Source: Bilabrum cf. latius
Taxonomy: Eukaryota
Length of the DNA stretch: 64,000 nucleotides
NCBI GenBank assembly: GCA_965178125.1
Contig: OZ237751.1
Span: forward strand, 1,054,001 to 1,118,000
Direction of reading: 5' to 3'
Below are positions 1 to 9,200 of this stretch, one piece after another. A program made the translations under genes and the position numbers. The notes under the pieces were generated by a model that saw only the letters and a list, made by a program, of their open reading frames with translations, was not told the DNA's origin and searched no databases. Every line of letters begins with the position of its first letter. Position 1 is the stretch's first letter.

Positions 1-1505
1 GGCTGCTGTTCTTCGAGCTGTGCGTGGCGGCGCACATGAACGACGACAAGAGGGTGAGGGAGCTCCTGGAGGACGGTGCAGATGTCACGCTGTCGGACTA
101 CGACAGCCGCACGGCCCTTCACATCGCGGCCAGCGACGGGCACCTGAGGGTGCTCAACACTCTGATCGAGGCGGGCGGGGACGTGCTGGCCAAGGACCGC
201 TGGGGGAGGACCCCGCTGGAGGACGCGGGGCTCACGGGTCACGCGCACTGCCTGTCTGCCATGCAGGAAGCACTCAGGAGGCAGGGGTACAGGGAGGTGC
301 CCGGGGCTGGAGGCGGGCACGGGCACGGGCACGGGCACGGGCAGGCGGGGCCTGGGCCGGCGTCCACTGCCAGCGAGCATGGGAGCACGGACGGGCGGAG
401 TGGTGGGCGGGGGCCGCCCACTCTGTTGTCTGAGGCATTCGGGGGCAGTCGCAACGGCTCCGAGTCGGACATCGCTCGGCTGGGGCTCGCCCTTGGGGGC
501 GACGGCGGGGACACGACCCCCAAGCCCTCGGCTGTGGGGGGGCCGGGTGCGAACGATGCGGCTGGCTGGGGCTCGGGGGTCTCGGCGGATAGCGGACATC
601 CGTCCAGCAGCCACCTTCACGGGCTTGGGCTGGACGTGCCCAGGCGTCCTTCGGGCGCGATGCTGGCAAGCCTCATGGGAGTGTCTGCCGGGCACAGGCG
701 TGGGCCATCGGGGGCGGGGGCACACAGGGGGCCAATGGCCCGGTCAGCGCTGCACTCGAGCTCCAGCCCGCTGCTGGCGGCGCAAGGGGTCAACCAGGGT
801 GCATCGCACGCAGGTGCGTCCCACATCATGGGTCGCCAGGGCAGCACCGGTTCGGACTTCCAGCTGCCGCCCACCGCGCGTGACGCTGACGCTGGCACCC
901 ACGACACTGACGTGTCCTCCACGGGCCGGTCTCATCAGGACGAGGGCGTGGGGGAGCGGGGCAGCCTGGTGCTGTCTCCGTCCTCCAGAGGCCGGTCCAG
1001 TGCGGAGGGGGACGGGCCATTGAGTGCAGCTGCCATGGGCACTGTGGGGGCCATGGAAGGGGCCGGGGCCAGGTCACTGACCGGGGACACCGTGGCGTTC
1101 GTGTCTCCTGGGGGCGACGTGGTGCACGTGCCTGAGGTGATGCTGGGTGTGGGGGCGCACCAGCATCGGCACGGGCACCTGCAGCACACCCAGCATCAGC
1201 ATCAGGTGCAAGGGCAAGGGCAAGGGACCTCTCGGCGCGCTGGGGGCGGGGCATCGGCGGCTCCCCACAGAGGGGGGGGGGAAGGGCGCACCCCGCCCAT
1301 GGCACCGGCAGGGCGGAAACCATCCCCGCTGCATCCTCAGGACAGCCGCAACGGGGGACAAGGTGGGGCTAGCAACGGAAATGGCAGTGCAGGGGCCGGC
1401 CAGGGAGCGGGACGCTCTGCTCCCAGACCTGTAAGGGTGGGAGAGGCGCTGGCCAGGGCCCTGCAGCCGTACAGAGACCGAGCAGAGGCAGGTGAAGAGT
1501 CGTGA
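1..1505 (+). CDS. 3' part of an ankyrin-repeat protein with a long low-complexity Gly/Ser/His tail (5' end outside window)
   Basis: Frame is open from the window start. Ankyrin motifs DYDSRTALHIAASDGH and KDRWGRTPLEDA. Ends at TGA 1503-1505. This ankyrin style occurs in K+ channels, glutaminases/asparaginases and kinases; the parent protein cannot be assigned. Confidence 0.75.
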   Translation, partial: LLFFELCVAAHMNDDKRVRELLEDGADVTLSDYDSRTALHIAASDGHLRVLNTLIEAGGDVLAKDRWGRTPLEDAGLTGHAHCLSAMQEALRRQGYREVPGAGGGHGHGHGHGQAGPGPASTASEHGSTDGRSGGRGPPTLLSEAFGGSRNGSESDIARLGLALGGDGGDTTPKPSAVGGPGANDAAGWGSGVSADSGHPSSSHLHGLGLDVPRRPSGAMLASLMGVSAGHRRGPSGAGAHRGPMARSALHSSSSPLLAAQGVNQGASHAGASHIMGRQGSTGSDFQLPPTARDADAGTHDTDVSSTGRSHQDEGVGERGSLVLSPSSRGRSSAEGDGPLSAAAMGTVGAMEGAGARSLTGDTVAFVSPGGDVVHVPEVMLGVGAHQHRHGHLQHTQHQHQVQGQGQGTSRRAGGGASAAPHRGGGEGRTPPMAPAGRKPSPLHPQDSRNGGQGGASNGNGSAGAGQGAGRSAPRPVRVGEALARALQPYRDRAEAGEES

Positions 1506-1649
1506 AATGTATTTTAATGCGCAAAACGGTTGTTCTGGCTCTTGTGGGCCTTTGTTTCGGATCCATGATGGGGTCAGAACACTTGCGGAACCTCTATGCG
1601 GATGCGCGGCGCCAATCCATCTCCACGTCTTTCGGATCATATTATCGCA

Positions 1650-2561
1650 ATGAGAGCTGTCGGACGGACTGCAAGGACACTGCAGGTTGCTGTAGCCCGC
1701 TCTGCTGGTCGATTGTCGGTGGCTCCGCTGGGCGTGTAGAGGGCTGGGTACCACGAGAACATCGTGGACCACTACGAAAACCCCAGGAATGTCGGTGAGG
1801 CACGTGCCGCCGTTTCTTCACGCATAGAACCTATCTGGGACACACCCTGCATTGCAAGTATTACTCATAGCTATGTTTCGCAGGTTCACTTGATAAGAAG
1901 GCGAAGACAGTTGGAACTGGCCTCGTAGGGGCACCATCGTGCGGCGATGTCTTGAAGCTGCAAGTGAGGCCGCCAGTTGGCGCTTCATGCCACAATTTTG
2001 CATTACACGCAAGTCGGCTATCGCATACATAAACCCCTATTTATTTCTCATGCCCAGTACTTCTCGTAATCGTTGCACTGCTTCTACTCCTCCGCAGATG
2101 GAAATCGACGACGAGGGCCGAGTTGTTGACGCAAAGTTCAAGACGTTCGGTTGCGGTACCGCTATTGCTTCTAGGTGAGTAGGTACAAAGTATCTCAAGC
2201 AGCAATTCCTGCCGGTGAAGCGACCACTTTGCACACGTTATTGTTGGCAAGCATGCTCACGACTGCAACTGCTTCAGAGTTGACTGCAGAGATGTGAATC
2301 TGAGCGTCGCATCACGTGCACATTTGGCCATTCATTTCATGTCTTGCATTATGCCGCAGCTCTGTCGCAAGCGAGTGGGTGAAGGGCAAGACATTGGACG
2401 AGTGCATGACAATCACGAACAAGGACATCGCCGCTCACCTCAAGCTGCCCCCCGTCAAGCTGCACTGCTCCATGCTGGCAGAGGACGCCATCAAGGCGGC
2501 TGTCAAAGATCTTGAGAGCAAGGGATGGCAGCCAAAGCAGGCCGCCGAGCAGAGGAGCTGA
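1650..2561 (+). CDS. ISCU: Mitochondrial iron-sulfur cluster scaffold protein IscU/Isu1, 4 exons (1650-1794, 1884-1963, 2098-2174, 2360-2561), in-frame TAG at 1737
   Basis: Spliced translation gives YHENIVDHYENPRNVG-SLDK..GTGLVGAPSCGDVLKLQ..AKFKTFGCGTAIASSS..LPPVKLHCSMLAEDAIKAA (three Cys and the LPPVK motif). GT..CGCAG introns are in compatible phases. The Arg/Ala-rich presequence from ATG 1650 contains TAG at 1737-1739. Stop is TGA. Confidence 0.95.
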
Positions 2562-3028
2562 GCGGGCGTCACGGCTGAAGGGGGGCGGGGGGAGGAGGGA
2601 GGGTCTCCGTGGAGCACCTATGTATGCCACAGGCAGGGAGTATGCGGGCTCCGGCGTGCCGAGCAGGTGTTGCTACCCAGCGCACGCCGCGTCACGGTGC
2701 GCTTGGACTTGCTGCTGATGCACCAGCCGTGGATGAGACTGTATGAATGAATAGACCAGCTGCTGCTTTGTAATAACCTGATGAGATAGCTGCCCTAGTG
2801 TAACCCTAGATTTTAAGAGAACACTTCGCAATAAATATGCATGACAGGTAGCGGTCTACCTCACCATCCAAACAAATTCAGCGTAGTACAAAGGTAACGT
2901 GCAAAACAAAATCCTGGCTAAATCATACTTTCGGAAGCCGCTCGTCCACAGCCAGTTGTCCTGATCAATAAGTCTATACCAAATACGATAATTACACCAC
3001 TGTCTTGGTCTTGAGCGCCGTTGGTACC

Positions 3029-6000
3029 ATGGGTTGCGGCGCATCCAAGGCTGCCGTAGAGGTAAGTGGTGGTTTTTTTCCTTCCACCGGTGGTCTTCCG
3101 TTCGGCAATCCGTTTGTCCTAAACCTTCGGCCTGATCCGTGTGTATATTTTACGCTAATATTACGCAGAATGGCATCGGTACACCTGTGCAGAAAACTAG
3201 CACTCAAATATGCCCCATTCCAAGAGACTCGCCAACCCATCAGGATCAGCTGAGTGAAAATGCGGCATCCCGGCCCAATACAACCCCTGATGTCATCGAA
3301 ATGCTGCACGCTTCGATTATTGGAGGCTCAACGAACATTTCAGGTCCGTTTGGTCCGCGTCGTATCGTGTATGTCGACTACACGGCGAGTGGGCGAGCAC
3401 TGGAATGCATCGAAGATGTGATTCATAAACAGGTCCTCCCCCTGTACGCGAATACACACTCGGAGCTTAGCCATAATGGATTACAGGTAAGAATACTCGA
3501 TTACGATGGCCGAAAAGTATAGCAGCTTGATGTAGACGGCAGTACGCGATCGAAAATAATTCGGCGATCACGGGTCGATCAATTTCTTGCATCTCCAATT
3601 CGCAGACAACTGCATTTCGAGAGGAGGCGAGAGACGCTGTACTCCGGTACTTTGGAGGTAGCCCATCGGAGGATGTAGTGCTCTTCGGTGGCTCTGGGTC
3701 CACCGGTGCCATCCTCAAGCTGATAGGAATCCTCCAGATCACGCACGCCGCCGCCGCCGCGCAAGGAGCCAAGCTCGACGCTACTCGCCCTGACTCTCCT
3801 GAATCTGTGTATTCAGTTGATGGGGATGCTGACGACACTCTGGCTGATGCTATGGTGGCGGCCATGAGCACAGGTGAAGTGGAGGTCGGCGGGAGCTTGC
3901 AGCCGGTCGGCGCCAAGGACGAGGAGGAGGATGAGGAGGATGAGGCTGCCGGTGGGGAAGAAGACGGCGGGGGTGGTGGGGAGATGCCGCCGATGCATGG
4001 TCAGGCTGCCAGCGGCGGGCAAGCCGAGGGCGGGGCCCCAACGCCGGTGAGCGCCGGCTCGGGCAAGCGGCCTCGCCTCGCTGCCCTCCAGCTGGCGGGG
4101 GCAGGAAGCACCCGCGGGCTTGGCCTGGCGCAGCGAGCCAGCACGCAGCGGGGCCGGCTGGCAGTAGACCCCTGGCCGTCCACGCGACTCATCGGTCTTC
4201 TCGCAGAGGGTTCATCCGGAGCCGGAAAGGCCCCGGGCTTGTCCGGCGCGATGACCCCGGGCCCTGGGCGGGTGGCGGCGCTGACTGGAGGGAGAGGCGC
4301 GGGGGCTGCCAGTGGGGCGACGGGCTTCCGCTTTGGTACCACGGCCGGGGCTGCGGCGGCGGGAGGGATGCACCGCAATGGGCTGCACAGCGGCCCTCTT
4401 CCAGTAGACGCGGAGCTGGGCAGTTCCCCTACGCTGTTCAACCTGCCGATCGGCCCCCGGTTCTCGCCCTTCAGGCCGTCGAGGGAGGGCTTCGAGCAGT
4501 CCGTGCTGCGGCGCAAGGCCTCCAGGTCTCGACTGAGGCACGCTGCGGGCCGACAGTCCATTGGCCACGGGGGTGGGGGCCTGCACGAAGCCATCGTGGA
4601 AGAGGAGGAGAGCAAGGAGAACGACGGGGGTGCGGGCATCGGACAAACCAAAGCAGCACCCAACAGGCAAGAGCAGGAGCCTAAATGCCTGCCTCCACTT
4701 GTGTTGATCGGTCCGTACGAGCACCACAGCAGCATCCTCCCGTGGCAGGAGGCGGGCGCCGACACCATGCTGCTGCCTGACACCCGCTTCCCCACAGAGG
4801 GCACCTCTGGGTCGAGGCAGTCGGGCCCCGATCTAGAGGTGCTGGAGCGGGTGCTGCGGGCCGCCACCAACGGGGGCCGTCTGCCGCCCTTTGAGCTCGT
4901 GTCGCCCTGCAGCCAGGACCCACTCGTGCCGGTGGGTCCGTTCGGCGACCTGGATGGGCCCGAGGACAAGGGGGAGGCCAAGGCGGCCTCACCGGCAGGC
5001 GGGGAGGCTCGCCGGATGGCCCGCGGGCTGGCACCCACCGAGGCGGACGAACCGCCCGAGGACGTGGACCCGAGCCAGTGGGCCAGGGCGGTGAGGAGGG
5101 GCCAGCGGCCGCTGATCGTGGTGACGTGCTCTGCGCTGGCAAACCTGACGGGCGTGCGCATCGACGTGGAGGCGGTGGCCCGAGTGGCCCACAGGTACGG
5201 TGCCATCGCCGTGGCGGATGCGGCGGCCGCTGCCCCCCACATCCCGATGTTCATGAACAGGACGCACGGGGCGGAGGGCAGAGGCGAGTGCGAGGACGGG
5301 GTGCAGGATCGCCCCAGCTCCCTGGACTTCGGCGACTTCCGCTGCTTCAAGTCGGGAGGCCCCGGCGAGTTCCTGCCCGGGATCGACGGCCCGCGGGCGT
5401 CCAGCCTGGACGCAGTGGTCGTGTCTCCCCACAAGTTCATAGGGGGGCCCAACACCCCCGGGGTGCTGCTCGTCAAACGGGCGCTGCTGTCCAACAGTGT
5501 GCCCTCTTCCCCAGGGGGCGGCACGGTCTTCTTCGTGAAGCCGGACGGGGGACCCCTGTACCACACGGACCCCACGCTGAGGGAGGAGGGGGGCACCCCG
5601 GACATCGTCGGGAGCATTCGGTGCGGGCTCACCATGCGGCTGCACATGGCCGTGGGCAGGGAGCGCATTGCCTCTCTCGAGCAGGAGCGCATGGACATGG
5701 CCATCGCGCGCTTCCAGGCGCACCCGAGGATCCACGTGGTGCCGCTGGAGGCACCCGTGGGCAGCGAGGGAACAGGGCCCCTGCACGTGCCCCGGGCGGG
5801 GATCATCTCCTTCATCGTGTCTGCCTCGGGGCGGGTGCACTGCAGTGACCTGCAGGGGGCGGGAGAGAAGCCCCCCGTGTTTCCCCTGCCCGTGCTCAAG
5901 GGCAGGCTGGCTCTGCACCACGGGCTCGTGCAGAGGGCCATGTCGGACCTGTTCGGGGTGCAGTGCAGGTCAGGGTGCATGTGCGCGGGGCCGTATGCCA

Positions 6001-6692
6001 CGCGCACCCTGGGGATCCACCCACCCTCCATCATGGGCCCCGTGCTGGAGGAGATCCGGGGCGGAGACGAGATGGCCCGCCCGGGCGTGATCCGGCTGTC
6101 GCTGCCCTTCCACATGCCCATGGAGGAGGCCCGCTTCGTGGTGGGGGCCGTGGAGTGGGTAGCCACCCATGCGCGGGCACTGCTGCGCATGTACGCACCC
6201 ACCAGGGCTGGGCTGTGGCTGCTGCGTGAGGGTGCGCGTGCCTTCGACCTGAGGCCAAGGGGGAGCGCGGTGCTGGCTGTAGGGGGGAAGTAGGGGGAGG
6301 AGGAGGAGGAGGACGAGGGAGAGGAAGGGGGGCACGGCGGGAGTGCCCTATTGCGACTGCCCAGCGCTGCAGGCATGCTGAAAGGGGTGAGCGAGGCATC
6401 TGCGGAGGGACCGGGGGCTGTGGGTGACATGGTGCCCGCTGAGTGGGCCCCTCGGGAGCTGCTGGGGGCAGCGGCGGCGGTGAGGGAGCACCTCGTGAGG
6501 AACGAGGCGGGGCGGGAGATGGACTGGGGGGCGTACTTGAGAGGCTGCGTGGATGTTGCGGATCGCATCTCGGGTGCCGTGCTGGAGGGGCGCGCCGAGT
6601 GTTGCGGCGAGGACGAGGACAGCCTGCTGCGGCCGCACGCGACGCAGCGGTTCCGATGGTACGCAGTGGACGGGGAATTGGATGGGCTATGA
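3029..6692 (+). CDS. Aminotransferase class-V PLP-dependent enzyme (cysteine desulfurase/SufS-like), exons 3029-3061, 3169-3486, 3606-6692, in-frame TAG at 6291
   Basis: Motifs YVDYTASGRAL, YANTHSE, GPYEHHSSILPW, VSPHKF (PLP lysine), EEGGTPDIVG and RSGCMCAGPY. N-terminus MGCGASK. ORFs 3678-6293 and 6351-6692 share a frame and are separated only by TAG. Stop is TGA. Confidence 0.85.
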
Positions 6693-6791
6693 AGCGATAA
6701 TCCGTTTTGAGCGAAGACCTTTTGAGATGATCAATCTTCTCTTTGCCGCAAAAGGACGCACGGTGCGGCAGAAAGAGAGGATCCAAACTCA

Positions 6792-8070
6792 TCAGTCGCC
6801 AGCGCCACCTGCTGCAGCAGCGACAGGGAGACCTGCTACAATCGCATCGATCTGGCCAGCGTCCCCACCGTTAGCCTTGAGATTGGCCACAAATCTGGTT
6901 TGCCGGTCCTTCGAATCCGTTCCGGTCAGGTCGTACCCGATGCTGCAGAGATCTTTGAGCATCTAGGCGTTGTTCAGGTCAAGGCCTTGAGTGAGCAGCT
7001 GGCACAACTGCACTGGATCTCCCTCCATGTAGGCAATAGCACCGTTTCCTCTCTGCGTAAATGAGTAGCAAGTCGGCCGTGCGCTTCGACAGAGATGATT
7101 CGTGCGAGGGGGCGGATCCTGGTCACATAACACGACGCACCCAGTCAGGCAAGGACAGGTCCGGGCTCGCATCCAGCATCAATGACGCTATCCTGATGGA
7201 AGTGGATGTGCACTTCTTGAGAGCAGCTACAAGTGGTGTCTCCAATTTCTGCGAGACAATGAGCAAATCAGGGGGGTTTTATCGCAGATAATCGCTGATC
7301 CATTTTTTGCCGCAGTCTGCGCCGACCCATGATTTCTTCAAATATGCCTCTCACCCGCGAGTCGCGGATGTTCACGCTTGCCCCGGCCTCAATGAGCTGC
7401 TTAGCCGCCTTATGCAATCCATGCTCGACGGCTATGTGGAGGATCGTGATGCCATCATCGTCGGGATTTTGCCAGTTTAGAACCTCCTTCGGTGCCTCCT
7501 TTATCATTGGCTCATATTCAATCATATCTTTGCGCGGTAGAAGATGGTTACAGAAGCCGTGGTGGCTGAACAGCGCTGCCATGATGGCTCTCGCCTGTTC
7601 CGCGGCAGGGCTGCGACCGAATCGAGCAGCAGGGGCAGAGAACGAGACGAGAGTACCAAATGTTGATACTATGCGGTATGATCTAACAGTGATGTGCCCT
7701 ACCCTACTTCAGAGGCAGCGCCTGCCCCGTGCATGCCCATCACTGCAGCCATTCTCTGCGACGGGAGACAGTGGAGAGAGCCCTTGGTAAGGGTTTTATA
7801 CTCGTGGGGTGTGGCAGCAGCGCCCTGTTTGAGAGCTAAACCAGTTGATCTTATACTTACTTCTTCGTAGTGGATTCGCTTTGACCTTAATTCGCGCTCT
7901 TGCCGCACCCATCTCGCGGCAGCCTCGCGTTCTTCGGCCTCCTTCTTCTCGGCGGCAAGCACTCTCAGCTGGGCTTGGGTTGCGCGACCATAGGACGCAG
8001 CGGCAGTGCCTGGGGTATAGCCATAGTGCTCATCTTCTTCCGAGTCCGTGCGCAGCATGTCGGCGTCCAT
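6792..8070 (-). CDS. Small ankyrin-repeat protein, predicted exons 8070-7861, 7755-7703, 7610-7355, 7248-7141, 7052-6792, in-frame TAG at 6965-6963
   Basis: DDDGITILHIAVEHGLHKAAKQLIEAGASVNIRDSR-KLETPLVAALKK ankyrin repeats joined across GT..CGCAG introns with matching phase. The last exon reads through TAG to tandem TGA TGA. Linkage of the two 5' exons is less certain (one GTAGGG donor). Confidence 0.7.
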
Positions 8071-8141
8071 GGCTTGATGCAGTTAGGCGGGAGAGAGTGA
8101 GCCGCCAATATTATCGCGTTCGGGGAGCTGGCAGCTGCTGG

Positions 8142-8472
8142 CGCCGCAGCGGAACTTTGGACCTTGGCGGACGGCGGCCGTGCCCGAGCCGAAAGTTTGG
8201 CTCGAGCACGGGACAATTTTGGCTCGGGTGCCGAGCACCTGCGCCCGAGCCGAACGCTGGGCTCGGGCAGGGGCTCTCTCCGCCCGAGCCGAAGGTTTTC
8301 TTTTTTTCGGCTCGGCCACGGAATTTTGCTATTTTTATGGCTGCTTGCTTGGTATGCTGTTGTGCTGTTCGACCGCCCGAAGAGCGGTCGGATTCTTCCC
8401 GGCATGATGCTCCTGCTGCTTGGACAACGGTCGCTGCCAGTGTCCGCCACAGCCCAAAGTTCCGCTGCGGCG
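8142..8472. repeat. 331-bp segment bounded by perfect 19-bp inverted repeats with internal GCCCGAGCCGAA inverted motifs (MITE-like)
   Basis: CGCCGCAGCGGAACTTTGG (8142-8160) and CCAAAGTTCCGCTGCGGCG (8454-8472). GCCCGAGCCGAA occurs three times, each followed by a near reverse complement. Confidence 0.5.
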
Positions 8473-8799
8473 TCACTGGCAGCGGGGGACGCACCAGCGG
8501 GGGACCCGGTGTATCGGGGCCTTGCTGCGTGGCGCCCTCCAGATAGCCCTGTTGCGGAACCACCGCCCCTCAAGAGGAGGACCGCCGCTGCTCTCATCCC
8601 TACTCGTCACAGGGGGCCCAAGGGAGAGCACCCGCGTGCATGCACCTCCTACTCTCCGGAGGGCAGGGAATATCGAATGCAAAGACCTGCAGCAAGGCAG
8701 CCGGCTGCACCTGTATTCCAACATCAGTCGTCTGGCTAGCGATTCGTGATTCTTTTTCTTGCTTGATTGGTTTCCATGTTTACTGGGGCACCTTGCGTG

Positions 8800-9200
8800 C
8801 AGCATGACCACGCCATCTGTGATGTGGAGACCCAACCCTGCTTCGCCACAATCGAGATGCTGGCAGTCCTCGTCCTCAGGGGCTTCCAACAGCCCGAGGT
8901 TGTGCCGATTCCCAGAGTGGTGCGCATGCTCTTCCACTCAGGTCGCACTTAGCCTAGAGTGGCCCCGCGCCTGCCAGCCTCGTACAACCCCATCGGGCTG
9001 CCCGACCTGGGAACGGATGGCATGAAGCGGATCGGCGCTCGCCCTGCTTTCCACAGAGGCGCTGTAGAGGGCCAGCTGGTGCATGACGATGAGACGGTGG
9101 GGCGTGCCCTGGAGGTCTTGGACGGCGCAACGCCGGCTGCAGCTGCTGCGCCCTGCCCGGGACAGGGAACTCTCAAGCAAGTCCCTCGGCCTCTTGTCCG
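8800..9200 (+). pseudogene. Degenerate 3' fragment of the unknown gene family also at ~25.2-26.9 kb and ~43.0-45.7 kb
   Basis: LRGFQQPEVVPIPRVVRMLFHSGRT..YNPIGLPDLGTDGMKRIGARPAFHRGAVEGQLVHDDE matches 26569+ and 45396+. Frameshifting deletion near 9125 and a TGG>TAG change at 8949. Confidence 0.65.

Noticed and set aside
4001-6568. Long antisense ORFs (855 aa here; others at 28171-29658, 35539-37128, 20670-21947)
   Set aside because: Shadow frames of GC-rich genes on the opposite strand, with no recognisable motifs.
8949-8951. TAG aligned to TGG (Trp) in the other copies, a possible counter-example to TAG=Gln
   Set aside because: It lies in a frameshifted fragment and is explained by one neutral substitution, against nine TAG/CAG swaps.
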